Assembly (NCBI GenBank): GCA_051362555.1
Contig: CM120641.1
Span: 46,320,401 to 46,384,400 of the forward strand
Direction: 5' to 3'
DNA length: 64,000 bases
DNA from: Lingula anatina
Taxonomy: Eukaryota; Animalia; Brachiopoda
A model generated the notes under the pieces. That model saw nothing but the letters and a program-made list of their open reading frames with translations. It made no database searches and was not told where the DNA came from. Below, piece after piece: positions 17,001-30,924 of this stretch (position 1 is its first letter; each line of letters starts with the position of its first letter). Made by a program: the position numbers and the translations under genes.

Positions 17001-20000
17001 GGAAATATATAGGACTGAACTGGATGCATTCAAGACAAATAAATCTAAATATTTTTAAAGTCTGATAAAGCTCAACAATGGGTAGTAATATATCTGCATA
17101 CATCAAGGCTGTCTCTCCTGTTCTCTAACATCAAATGATGACAAAATTTAACTGTTTCTAAAAAAGTTGTTTTTTTACTTTTGACCCTAAATCCATAAAC
17201 TTCACTATTTCTAATGAAATAAAAATGGTTATTCCAAGTCATGGTATCCTATCTTTGGCATCATAGCTGATAACCTATTCGAACCTATAAACAGCAATCA
17301 AGATAGATATGCCTGTCATAAGTAATTAATGCTGTTAGACTGCATCAAGACAGGTAGGAGTGCACAATGAGGCCTCCAAAGTTTAAATTTTTTAAGATGT
17401 AAAATGCACTGGTATAAATATCTATAGCAGAGAGACAGATCTGATATCTTTGAAAAATAAACAGTTAAAATACTACTAACTTTATCAAACCTGTATAACA
17501 GATATAACTGACTGTTCTTAAAAAGTTTATAGAAATGAGGTGAATAATCTGCTTAAAATACTCAGTGCCTGTGTTTTCTATACTTCATTCCTAAATGTTG
17601 AAAATTATTCATTCAGTCAGACCACTGCTATCTGGAAGGGTTTTCTATAAATTTAAATTTAAGTTAGTTCATCCCAAAATAACCTGTGTGATCTCTCCCA
17701 ATAAATGGATGGGAACTTAAGCAACTTAAAATAAGTAATGATTCTTTATGTTTTAAACTAGATGTACTGATGTCATATAATGTAAGCCAATCAGAACACT
17801 CCTTTATTGTGATTTTTTTAATTGCTCCATAACCTGTCTTTTGTCTGTTTTGACATTTCAGAATACAACAGTGAACTGGATTGAAAAGAATAAATAAAAA
17901 ACTCCACTCAACCATATCTTAAGAGTACTTAAGATACTCTCACATTAACCATCCATGTCACCTTCACATTCTTCAGCCTAATCCATTGTTCTCTGTCCTC
18001 AAATTTTGCTGTTTTTTCCTTTTTGCCTAACAATTGATCCAGATTCAATGATTAAATCACTATTCATTTATAAAAAATAAAGCAAATCTGCCAAAATTGT
18101 TTTTCTAACACAAACAAAAGATTAATCCTCTGTTGTTTTTAAGCAGGAAATGAGATTGGTGTGATAGATATAAGTTGGCCAACGTCAACTGACAGTTTTT
18201 GGTGTTTACCTTATCCAGTAAAATACTGAATTATTCAATCTTTTTCAGATTGCCCATTCACTATATTTACCCTGCAAAGATACATAACAAATGAATACTG
18301 CAGGTACCCTCTTTAAAGAGATAAGGATTTAATAGAATTATTGACACATCTGCCATGCTCATTAATGTCTAAAAAATACTCCTCTCATTTTTTTCATTAA
18401 ATAAAAAAACATCAACAGGATAAAAAAAGATAGGCATCTAACATGGACCCTGTATAATGTATTATCAGTTTCAGAAAAGGGCAGAAACATACTGATAGCA
18501 GAGGTTTTTCAGTCATCTTTGAAACTGAGGCAGATACTTTTTAGGAGGCTGACCCCCTCTGAGCAGAATATTATTATATTATATTATTATATATATTAAT
18601 ATATTACTGTAATTATTATCTTTCTATGTAATAGTACCTTCTTTTGCTTTATTCAATTTCCCTTGAATCTCTTGCATTTCATTTTCGACCTGCTGCAATT
18701 TTTCCGTTAGGGATTCATAGGTCTCTGCCTTTTCTTCATTCTTCCCCACTTTTGCCATTCTCTGCTGCCTTTTTTTCTCGATTGTTCCTGTTCTGTCCAA
18801 GTAGATGTCTTCATCACTGTCGTAGAAGTCATCTTCTTCCCAGTTCTTCTTCTTTTTCTTTCTACCTTCTGAAATTGTAAGGGAAATCAACTGAAATCCT
18901 CACATTATAACCACGTCAAGAATTCTATATAGAATAATACAAGACACTATAGAAGTATATCTGGGATGGTAATGTAACAAACCATTAGAGACTGCCAATT
19001 GTCTGTTAAGAGGCTGAAATTCATTTGTGCATCATTTTTGGCTATTTTTCTACCAAAAAAACAGTTGTCATTTTAATACTTGCCATTGTTTAAATCCAAT
19101 CATGTACTTTTATTTTCTGTATGACCTACATGCAACAGCTAAGCAAATATGTATTGTGACAATAAAAAGAAATGAATTCTAGCTATTCACACCTTTCATC
19201 AAAGAAAAATTCAGCTTGACAAGATAATATTTTAAAACATCAAATGACATTATGAAAATATGACATTTTTTGTCAAACAAAACAACTGGTAAGGAGAAAT
19301 AAAAATGTCTTATTCTTCAGCACAACTAGTGGTCCTTAAAATTCCTAACCATTTTGAATACAATGCACTTAAGTATGTTCAGTATTATCTTCTGCAAAAC
19401 TACACACAAAGAGTACAAAAACTGAGTTTTTTTATTTGAAATATATATAAGAGAATAACAATATTAAAGAGTGTTTAATATCTAGAGTGTAATGTTTTAA
19501 TTTTCACTATGATTTTGTTTGAACTGGTGAGAAGAAAAAAACTCAAGCATGAACTTTGTCTCCATCAGCACCAGGTCAGTGAATTTCTAATCCTGACTGT
19601 CCACCCTGTCATGATAAATTAAAGAGCTACGTGCCAAACTAGTATGTGAGATATGAAAGGTTTAAACCCTAAGAATTTGCATAAGCATTACCTACGTATA
19701 TTTCCACGGAAGTAGACTTGACATGACTGAAATTTATCTTAAATTCTAAGACATGCTTGAAATCCCCTTTTCAATCAGATCAATTGGTGATGTCAATCTA
19801 CTTCCTTTTCCTAAGAGGTTGTCATGTCCAAGAAAAAAGTTACAGTTCTCATTAATAATCCATTCAATCATCTTTTCCAAAACCTACACATAAACATAAA
19901 TAAGAAATAAGATCCTGATATATGAAGGTTTCATTCGTGATCATCATGTGTGCCTTCACATGGTACACATAAGGTTATGAAAAAAAGCAAAGCGCTCAAT

Positions 20001-20733
20001 ATACTTCCTTTTAATGCCATAGACAAAGAGGTGCCTACTGAAGTTTGGGTCAAAAACTTTTTACTGACCCTTAAGAAAACCAGGCTCTAAGAATATACTG
20101 GTGTCTAGTAACTTAAAAAACAACAACAAACTTTACAAGCCCTTCTTTTTCTTTCTACCTTAGCATGGGGTCAGTGTTAATTCTGCAGACTGTTATACAA
20201 ATATTTAAAACTTTTCAATTCCCCATGGCAATTTTTTAATAGAATGAGGAGAGATGTGCAACTGGTACATTATTCGAGACATAAGTTGCATTAAGTTTAA
20301 GATAATGAGTAGGTTATAATCACTTAACATAAAACCACCTCATATTTCTTCTAATTTTTAAAGGTTTTCAGTATGTTTAGTGTTTTTTAATTTGACCAAA
20401 TGAAAAAAAATTTATTCAGTTAAAAAGAACAACAGGGGAGTTTTCCATAAAAAGAATAAAGTTAATTAAAAAAATGAAAGAAATAATAAGAGCAATATGT
20501 TCCTTTTTTTTAGTTTTCAGAGGGTTTTCTGAAGGTTGATATAGTTATAAATAGCCACGTGTACCATTTGCCATTTTCTTTTCCAAGAGTGTGACACCAA
20601 ATTGTGAATTTTACAGATACTCTATTTTTAAAGAAATAATTTCTTAAAATTAGAACATTACCACTGAGTGGTAGCAACAAAATTAAAAGGCAGGCTACTC
20701 TTTAGTTCTATGCAGTAAAAACATCAACAATGG

Positions 20734-20764
<31 letters not shown>

Positions 20765-23700
20765 TTTTTAAATTATTAAATTATGTATCTGAAAGTTTTA
20801 TCATTTTTGCCAATTGAAAATATCAAGTCATTACCGTACATACTCAGAAATAAGTACAGCTGACAGAAGTAGGGAATCAGATCACTGCCCTTATCATGCA
20901 GACATGTTACAAAGTCTGTTCTTTGTGGATCCAGATTTTATTTACAGTCTCTCCTCCTGGGGGGGGGGGGGTTTGAAGATTCAAATTTTGCACAGTGCAG
21001 GCCTTTTCCTGACAAAAAGGCCAATTAGTTTGAACAGCTCGCCCCCCCCCCCCCCCCCATCCCCTCCTGGCTAGGGGCTTAGACCAACTAAGAGTAATCA
21101 GCCTTTCCTGATACAACAGCACACTCTTGTAACGAAATGACTTGTGACCCAGATATGGGGAAGATTAACTTGCCATTAAATTTTGTTTGAGAAAGAGCCT
21201 CCTAACACTGAAAAATAGCCAGATTATTCATAACAGATTTCCCTTGTTAAATTTGGCATCTAATCAGGATGAAACACAGTGAAAATCTGGAACAACACAC
21301 AAGATCTGCTGGGCATTGCACTGATAGTTAGTTTATAGTACAATCTGTCTATCAATGTCTGCCAAAATTTTGTGATTAATTACCAATAGGCATGCAGCCT
21401 GTCCATGCTTCTGCAGCATGAACAGTATGAAGAATTAAACTTACCATGTGTGGATGCTCTCAAAACTCCGTGTCTGTCCAGTATTCTGCAGGCTTCAAGT
21501 GCACATGCCACCACAGCATCTTTCCTCTTCCCTGTCACCGTGGCCTCAGCATACATGGGTTCTCCAGTTGGTAAGTCCAGAGGGAGCCTGTAACAGAAAA
21601 ATGATTCAAATATGGGACAATCATAACATGAAAAAATATATATATGTATTTTTTTTTTACATGTTAAAAACATATTTCATCCTTATTATTTTCATTGTTT
21701 TGCTTTGTAATTTATATTTTTGATATTAAGAAAAAGATTTAACAGATAAGTACACAAGGAACTTAATTATCTACACTTAAAATGATGAATAAAAATCAGT
21801 TTCCAAAGTAGAAAAAATACTGAAAAAAAAGCAGAAAGAAAATACTGATTCAAATATTGATTATCTGCTTACTCCACTCTACAGCAGTGCTTGCCTCTTC
21901 CCAGATCTTCTAATTCATATTCAGGCAAGTCACAGCCTATTAATGAAAAATCATGGCAATTATTTTCAAATCAGTTTCCTATACTTATACCGATGTAAAA
22001 CAGGGCTGAACTGTACTTATAAAAAATGCCAATACTGCATAAGCAAATTTTACGATTTAGAATGAGTTATTCTGTACACAAAAAATATGTTTCTTGTGGC
22101 AGCAAAGATTCAAATGTATTTTAAGAAGCAAAGATATAAACTGTGCAAGAATGTAGCAAGTATAAGCATTACATACTTAAAGTGCTTATTTCTTTTCAAG
22201 GTCAACTTCAAGAGCAAAATGTATTTTATGCACAATACCTTCTCTTTCAAAAAAACCATTTAAGGCCTTTTTTGGATCATTGATATACAATTCCTCCCTT
22301 GTTGCAAGATCTATTTTATCATCATTCTCTTCATCTTCATCTTCTGCCTCTTCAGGAATGTCATCATCTAGAAAAATCACCCATTTATCTTAAAATTTAA
22401 TATTGACAAAATATACATTTTAATATCTGATGTTGATTTAGTGTAATCTTGTTTCCCATAAAACCTAATGATGAGAAAACCAGCACTGAAAATGTCTACA
22501 ATTTAATGAATATGTGACTTTAATTCTTAACCTTCAATATATAAAGATTGGATCATACATTCACAATAGGAGTCACTTCAGCTTTAGTTATAAATGGTAT
22601 TATCTTGTTGCCTTACCTATTCCCCATGTGCATCCTTCACTTTCTGCAGCCACAAGATGTTTCTGTTTTTCTTCCACTGCATCAATACCAGCCTGTCTCA
22701 GTACCTCAATCTCTTTCTCCTGCTTAGCCTTCAGTTCTTTCAACTCTGTCACAGACAAGTCTGTTTCCTCTTCTCTGTCTTCTTCAGGACCCTGAATACA
22801 CAAAGAGTGGGTTTGTTAAATGCATAATATTCTCTCCAGTTTAAAATGTAAAATCAACAATCAAATTTATCAATAAAAACCCATTACAGAGACTTCATGG
22901 TTATGCAAGCATATAAATTTTTTGCAAAACTCTGAAATAGATCTACCATTTACTTGTGCCAAAGCACATGAAGAATATCAAGCTGTTTTTTAAACAAACC
23001 ATCACGTACTGCTACTCATATAATCACCAGCTTTTCTCTATAACTCAATGCCAAGAGGTGGCATGCTAATCTGTACATCTGACTGCATTCAGTGAAAGTC
23101 CCTGTGGAGCTGAATCAACCCACATAGAGCAATGGTTTTACTGGGAATGAACCACTTTACTTACTTGTAAAATGTTGAGTCGTGAACTTCCCCCAAATTT
23201 AACCATGTGACCTACACGTATGCGGTAGTAACGTCGAGGTTGTACCTTCACTTTGTTCACCCATGTGCCATGCGTACTGTCAAGGTCATACAAATACCAG
23301 CCTAGTTCATGCTTCTCATTTGGAACAGCACAGTACTGCATGACAGCATGATAGCGAGACAAAGATGGATGTTCCAATGTAATATCACAACTAGGAAGCC
23401 TGCCAACTACATGAAATGAACGTTTTGTTAAGTCAATCGAGTCTAAAATTAAACCGTTTTTAAGTACTTCAAATCCGTATTTTTTATCTGGGACACCACC
23501 CCATGGTGGCTCTTTGTAAGGAATTGGGGCTTTGAGAGCCGCCTGTTGCTCTGCAGGGGACAATGAAGGTTTTCTCATCTGATTGCCAGACGAAGACTGA
23601 GTGCCCGTTAAACTTAAAGGCTTTTTAACTTCTGAAATTTCACTCGGTTTCTGTCCCTCTTCACCCTTGGCCTTTGTCGTTCTATCAGACATTTCACGTT

Positions 23701-24016
23701 CTGCTGTTGCCAAGGCGTTCGACCGCTGAGGTCGGTGAAGTCCTGATTTATTTTGAAGAGTCAGAGGTTTTTGAAACATTGGAATCGATGGAGGGGGAGC
23801 CATTGCTGTTTCTGCCTCTGGCACGGGTATCGTTTTCGATGCCTTGCTATTCTCATTCTGTACATTATCTAGTTCAGTGGTTTCAGACATAGCCTTCACG
23901 TCAATACTGTCGTTTGTGTTGTTTACATTCATTGCTGTATCACCTCCAGCAGATAATATACTTCCCTCATTTTCTTCAGCGGTACTCGAAGACACCGTGT
24001 TCACGTTCTCCGCCAT
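14067..24016 (-). CDS. SLC4A1AP: Kanadaptin (SLC4A1 adaptor protein; FHA + dsRBD-like + coiled coil), ~781 aa
   Basis: Twelve in-frame exons (minus): 24016-23165, 22791-22617, 22367-22239, 21936-21873, 21587-21445, 18868-18638, 16904-16715, 16327-16189, 15541-15349, 15135-15041, 14714-14630, 14116-14067. Motifs: YKEPPWGG, FHA GRLPSCDITLEHPSLSRYHA...DLDSTHGT, DPKKALNGFFEREG, ACALEACRILD, DDFYDSDEDIYLDRTG, C-terminus WLPPSDQSGDGKTHLNAKYGY*. ATG 24016 is preferred over the TTG start in the ORF track. Confidence 0.93.
15520..15830. repeat. Three degenerate ~110-135-bp tandem copies spanning the kanadaptin exon-9 acceptor
   Basis: (C)TCTRCAGAAAATAAAA recurs at ~15540, ~15651 and ~15788 with similar flanks (ggtgcattgc/ggtgcactga; aaaccaagatga/aaaccaatatga). 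Confidence 0.7.
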
Positions 24017-25674
24017 ATTGTAAACTTCCTGTAAATAACGCGCCTCCAATCCAGGAGAGTTGCTCTTATTTGGGTTGTGAAGAAAAGGCGCTTAACTAAT
24101 TCAAAACTCGATCAGCAGCTAGATTAGTTAAAAAGATTAAAAAAACAATGTTTGAAACTTATTACTGGAGTCTTATAAGAACTACATCGGTTACCAATCC
24201 GGCAAAGGATTTTATTTAATGTCTAAACTACCATTTTAAATCTTTTTAAAAATTAACATACCGGGAAACTTATTATAACTCGGTTTGAACCACAAAAGCA
24301 AACTAGAAATTCTTTTTATAGCAATTTTACACTTAGACACTGTAAAATAGAGAATCAGTGTAACAAATTTCATAGAGACGTTACTTTTATTGTTTATGCC
24401 TCAAAATTGCCTTTTTAGATAAAATCTGAAAGTAGGTCTACGGCTGACATTTTTATTCACAGTCTCTCCTAAATCTCCTCTTTTTCAAAGTATTTATGAT
24501 CAACGTTTTTAAAATTCTAATGTGAAAAGTCTGTATTTTATTGCTGTAATTCTTAAGAATTTTCATATAATATTTGTAAAGTGCATCGAAACGTAGGGTC
24601 CTTAGAAAATGCACTGTGCTATAGGCCTACAAGAAATAATTTTTAGTACTGGTACTTGTAATATTTTATTTTTTATTTTATTTTTATTAAATGGTAGGAT
24701 ACACAGGCAGGTAACCGGCAGTTAGGGCCCAGGCGTTGAGGAATATCATGTAGGCCCTAACCCCCGGTGTCGGGATCTCTCTGTGATTACCGTTAGGCTA
24801 CTTAATTGTCGTTATGTCCTAGCTACTAGGCCTCGTCCTGTTACCAGTAGGCTAGTTAGCTATCGGTACTAGGCCTTTTTGCGTAATAAAGTCATTTTTC
24901 TGCTGCTTTCAACCTTATTTCTGCCATATTATAATCAATAACAATTTAATAGGGGCATAGATATATGTTTCCACTAAATGATTTAGACCTGTGGTTGCTC
25001 AACAGACGTACACATATTTGTAAATTAAAGCTTTTCTAGCTGGGATTTTCGCGCCAAATCCAATTTTCTTCGAGAAAAAATATCCAACTCAAAAATATTT
25101 ACTTGTCCCACCCTTGCACAATTTAACATTTGTAAAAAAAGATTTAAAATTCATCTGACGCAAAAAAGGTAAACGTGCACTGTGTTTACGTTTACAGCAT
25201 ATCATATTTTGATTTTTTTAATATACGTTTTTGACTATCTACCAGCACACGAGATGCAAGGTGGCAACTGACGACAGCAGTTTCTCAGAAAGGCATCAGG
25301 CAAATTGCCATTTAGGTATATCGAATAGCATCTGTTTCAATCGGCGTTTTAAGATAAATTTAAAATACAAAGTTTGCTGCTGACATTCAATACCAGCAAC
25401 TATTTTTCTTTCAGTTTGCGCACTCTGATACCATGAAAAGTCACGGAAATTGTAGTGAAATTACCCCCTTCTCCCTTCCCCTTCTCCCTTCTCCCCTTCC
25501 ACCCCCGGCGGTCTTGGTTGCCAAAAAAAGTAACGTGGCGTTAATTATTTAACGTGAATACCAAATATGCCTTTCTATGAAAATAATTTCAAAAGAACGA
25601 AAGGATGTTGCTGTATAGCATTGTCAGCCAAACTGTAGTCAATGGAACTCATCAGTTTGAATATGATCAAGGAA

Positions 25675-25675
<1 letters not shown>

Positions 25676-25738
<63 letters not shown>
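25676..25738. repeat. (TA)n microsatellite
   Basis: Uninterrupted TA run. Similar runs occur at ~20733-20756, ~35744-35781 and ~42535-42592. Confidence 0.95.
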
Positions 25739-25740
<2 letters not shown>

Positions 25741-28710
25741 TTTCCTTGGTCTGATAGGTTAAAGGGACCAATATAGCCAAAGCCTTAGTCAATGACACTT
25801 TATCTTAGTCAATAAGTTTGCTAGACTGAGGTGGTTACACTATTAGCAGGCTTACAATCTGATTAACATATAACCTATTTTGACATTTTGCTGTGATAAT
25901 ATTTTCTGCAATGACGTTTTTATAGTTCGGAATTGAGACCTTATTTAGTGTAATTTTCACTCCAAAGCCACGTAAACAGTGCCCTGAAACTACGGCTAAT
26001 TTTTCCTGTCCCTTTAGATGTGACGATAAAACACTTATTCTTGACTTAAAAACATAAGTACAAGTCGTACACTACGTTTGAATTTACCATCACATTCAGG
26101 AATGATCTTTCACGAGGATCACGTTCCATGGATGATGGTTGGCAGGGTAGAGTACGGTTTTCGTTATAAAGTCAAGAAAACTATATTTATTGTTTTATAT
26201 TTGTGTGTTTGGTTGAATTTTTTCTTAGGCGCTAATGAAGAATCCCATTAGAATTTCAACAACGAGTTTAGTATATCAATAAAGAATTATGCCTCGACCC
26301 CATCCCTTGTCAGATCGGCACTGCCTTTAAACAAGACTGAATGTAGTTGATTACTGTAAGGTGAAGTGCTATGTGAAAATTTACGTTACATTCAGTAACT
26401 TGTAAATAACTCATAAATACTGCGTGGTCAACCCATTTATGGAAACATTCTGTTTTTAATAGTACATCCATTGCAATCACAAAATATAATGATATATGAA
26501 TAACATTGTGTTTAAACCAAAGTAGTTTAAAATATATATATTTTCATGAAATAAAACAACAACAACAATGCTCTGGGAAGAAACCAATTGACCCAACTCT
26601 GCTGAAACAAGTTCGATTTATATAGCTAAAGATTTAACAAAATAATCAGAGTTTAAAAAATCAAGGCTTTAATAGACCATACATTGGGCCTATCGTAATA
26701 ATTTGAGAAAAGATAGTCCATCACATTCATTACTTTTTCGGATAATGTGTTTATTGAGGAGAATTTGTTTGTAAAAATTATCACAGAAGTTCAGTCTTTT
26801 TTGTGTTGAAAAACTTGACCATCAAGTTAAGATCCTTTGGTGTCTTCCCTCCTTTCTGCCTTCTCTAGCTACGCTGACTGAAGTGAGATTCTTGTAAGTA
26901 AATTGCCTAAATAAATACTGATTTCATAGTCTTAATTCCTATCCTAAAACACGTCATTTCATCACGATAATCACAGTTTAAGCTCACGGTCTGTTTATAA
27001 AGTTCCCACAAAGATCAGCAAGTTAAAATAGGCTCATGCAATTGTACAAACACAAATGGGCGTCAGCGTTAAATATTTCACGTTTGGACGCATCGGTATG
27101 GACAGTGTAGGCGACAACAGATGGAACCTTGGCAGTGACCCACATTTCAAAGGTGCAGCATGTAATGGTAGAACAAGCACCAGCTTACGCCCTTAGGTAT
27201 TATCCGAAGCTTAACGAGGTATTTTTTCCATACAATGAATACGTAATCTTAGAAATTGTGCCAAAACTAATATATGCTATTGTAAAATATTCATGTGGAA
27301 CAACTAAGGCTGGCATCAATGGAGCAACAGCTTGGCCAAGCTAAGTTGAAACGGATTTTGCGTGACAGCAAAGTTCAGTTCGAAAACAGTCAGATCAAGG
27401 TCATTAGATACTGACAGAAGATAACCTATTCTTACTCGAAAAGACCCGAACTTCAAAAAAGTTTAACCATCATTTTATATTAAAGGTTTGAACAAACGTT
27501 TTTGTTTTACTGTATTCAAAATGTCATGGATTTTTTTTGTTTTCGCAAAAAAAAGTAGGCAAGATTTTACCATAACCCTCATCATAATATTTGAAAGAAT
27601 GTTTTGTTATTCAAATATAGCTTCTAAATCTGAAGTAAAGCAAATCTTATTGATTGAATCCCGCATATTTATACGCTCAATTATGGATACCAGGTCAGGC
27701 AAAACCTCTAACTCAACAATGTGCCTCTGCCGTTAATAGGAAGCTAACCATCCAGAATAAAAAAGGTCGCATCACATCTAAATGTTTAACCATGATTTTT
27801 CTCATTTCTTCAGCTATCTTCATCTAACATCTAAAATCGTTAGAAGTCATTCTTTAATCTACTTGTAAGAAATTCGATTTCATTTTGTGTTACCAAGTTC
27901 TACAGCATATGAAATTGGTGTAAGGCCTCTTTGGTATATCATAAATCAGACAACATCAAGCCAGCAGCTGAAACCACCGATATTCGCTCTTGCCCTGGGA
28001 GCCAAATATAAAGCATAAGACTACCCATTTCCTAACCCTTGCCCTTTGTTAAAAGAAGAATAATTTTCCGTTTGTTAGAACTTAAATGGTCTGATTATAA
28101 AATGGAGAGAGACACTGAATAAAAGCAGTGACGTTCAAAAATTTTAAAACTCCGTTTTGCTGTTAAAATGCGTAACATTCTCCTGGCTACATTCTCTTAA
28201 ATGCTAAATCATTAATAAATTTAATTCTATATATAAGTGTTAACGATTTCCCAGACTGCTATCATTAATTATCTATGTTGAAACAGCATGCACCAAAACA
28301 ACGGGACGAAACCATAACTAGGATGACCACAGTTTTTTTTAAGAGGCGACGTTATGGTTGGTCTAGATCTGCTTCCCAATACCAATGAAATTATCCCTAT
28401 CCCGTGTTGAAAAGGTGTAAGTTCCATGGACCATGTAATACAGCAACCAACGAAGGGAAAGTGAACCCAACTCAATGGCGGCTAGGTGGTCATTTTGACA
28501 TTAAGGATTATTTCAACCTTGAGTGACGCTTTTCGGATGGAATTTGGAGTATCGTCCTCTCGCGTTTGTCATAATTCACTCCATTCCTTTCGCCGGCGTG
28601 CAACATTGCATGGTTCAGGTTATTAGGCCTATATCGCTTAACCTCAAGCTAGTTATAATTAACTTCATTTCTAAAATTGCCTCTTTCATGAAGATTTTCT
28701 TTGTCTTTCG

Positions 28711-30885
28711 CTAGAAGCCCCTTTCCCGCTTGATCGCCTCGTAGACTTTCTTCTTTTCGGGAGAAATTGAACGACGTACCCGTCGAATTCGTTCGGGTGG
28801 ATTTTCGGCCGTTTCCGGACTACGTTTTTTCCGAGTCGTAGATGGCGTAGGACCTAATGAATAATAATCAAATCATTTTATTGATATAAAGTTTTTGGCT
28901 GCATAAGCAAATTTACAAAGAATAGTAAAAGTTAAATGTACAGTTTCTTCAACCAATACTTTACCCTTTTATGTCTTTGTACAACTGATATTGCCTTGGT
29001 TAGACACTGGTAGAAAAACAGTTCAAATGAATACATCTGTTAATTGAAGAAACTGGATAAATCTTTCTTTGAATGAATCACAAAGACAGCTCAACACATG
29101 CGAATATTAATATTCAAATCAATAATACCGGCATTTTGATATAGTTTTCTTTAACTATCCTTCTTTAAACTTTTAAGAAGATAAATATATTTCTTATTTC
29201 AATGCGTACTTTTGCAAAAATAGCAATTTATCCAAATAAGTCGCTTTGACAAGAAATGGATGCATACATACATACATATAAATTGTTTCACCAAAACAAG
29301 TTGTATTAAGAACTCAGCAAACATATAAGTTATTCACAATAAGGGGAGGTAATGTAAACAATCATATTTTTACCACAGAATTTACCTAAACAGGAAAATT
29401 CATTTCATCATTTATGTTATATATTTCTCATTAGGCCTATATGTAAAAAAATTGTAATACTTTTCAAAGAATCTGCGCAAAATAATGTGTACCTTGAAGA
29501 CCATGTTCTATTAAGCATTCCAACTTCGTAATAAATTTAACCGCAATTTCCATCAAGCCATCGTGTTTATCCAAATCAGCCAATTTGAGTTTCAATAACG
29601 TCAGTAATTTCACCACGTCTCCATCGGGCTCATAGAGGCTGGTTTCGCCGATGCAATCTTGAATAATTTTCAGCACACCGATCGTGACGTCCTGGAAGAG
29701 ATTTAGAAAGGCACTAACTTGGGTGTTGAGGGACGCCATGGTCGCTTTCATGACCAAACCGACGTCACAAGAATGGGTGTGGTTCAACCACAGCTTTTCA
29801 GTGCGATAAAGATCTGTAAGATTTGAAATGAGACCAGTTCTGTTTCCGTCATCCAAAAAAGTTTTCAATTCCTCAGTTTTCGCAAAGAGAAGGTCGATCT
29901 CGGCGCTGTCAGCACAGGTAGTATTTCGCACAGCGCTCAAAAATTGTTGCATAAAATCCAAAATCCATTGAAAAGCACAGAGAATTTCGATAGTCCATTT
30001 GAGAATTCCTTTCACGAGACCGACCAGTCCACTTTCAACGCGTCGCCAATTCCATTGCACCTGTCTCCAATTTTTCAAGATGGTTCCGTAACCCTTGAAC
30101 ATGGCCGCCGTATCGTGAGACAACTTCAGCAGGAAACTGGGAAGGTCGGTCTGCATCGTCGACCACAGAGGATCTGAATATAATATAATATAATATAATA
30201 TAATATAATATAATATAATATAATTCAGATTTGTTACAAATGCATCGATTAAATAAGAAATAGAATGTGTATATTCCCGGCTCATGCTCGCATTCGTGTT
30301 TTTTCGCGGTTCCTTACTCCCCTTCTGTGTGTTCTGTTTCATACAATATTGAATGCTGAATGCCTGTGTCTATTCTCTTGTTTTAAGAAACTGACAACGT
30401 TTTTTTTTTTCGTTTTTCTTTCGTTGTAACTCTATTCTTCGTGTTGAAATGTTAATTAGTTATAAACTGTCCATAACCTACATAAATTTATGACAACTTA
30501 CGGCTGCCCTACCTATGTGATAGTAGCCCGATTGCTATAATCGAGACAGTACATACATTTATTACAAGGAAACATCAGCAATTTTTTCCTATTTCTTTTT
30601 TCCTTTCTTTTTATAGGAATTCAAATTTATTGTAACTCAAGCCAACTGATAGTTTCAAAAGGCGCAATTAAGTTGCCGCTATATAATAAGACTTTAGACT
30701 ATTTGATTATCTGTGTATATCATTGCGTGATGAACTTCAAAGGCAAATGAATAATTAAAGCGTAAGAAGGTTTGCGAAAAGCACGTTATTTACCCATTTT
30801 TGCATAAGGGTGCGTTTTGTCACATATGTCTTTTTGCTAATATCTTTATATAAAGTATGTATATGATAGTACGTGAGGCGCTTTT

Positions 30886-30924
<39 letters not shown>

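Noticed and set aside
24017-24049. TTG-initiated extension of kanadaptin in the ORF track
   Set aside because: Eukaryotic gene; ATG 24016 in good context is the likely start.
24715-24766. Short hairpin GTTAGGGCC...GGCCCTAAC upstream of kanadaptin
   Set aside because: Only a 9-bp stem in a TAGGCC-rich low-complexity tract; insufficient evidence for an RNA gene or MITE.
28363-28500. Minus-strand peptide HGTYTFSTRDRDNF resembling the fibrinogen-domain FSTxDRDN motif
   Set aside because: The frame is bounded by stops, lacks the following NCA...GWW motif and has no clear splice sites; probably chance within the 3' UTR.
30174-30342. N-terminal extension of ORF 29464..30342 (MKQNTQ...YIILYYIILY)
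   Set aside because: It translates an intronic (ATATA)n microsatellite; the real exon starts at the acceptor at 30173.
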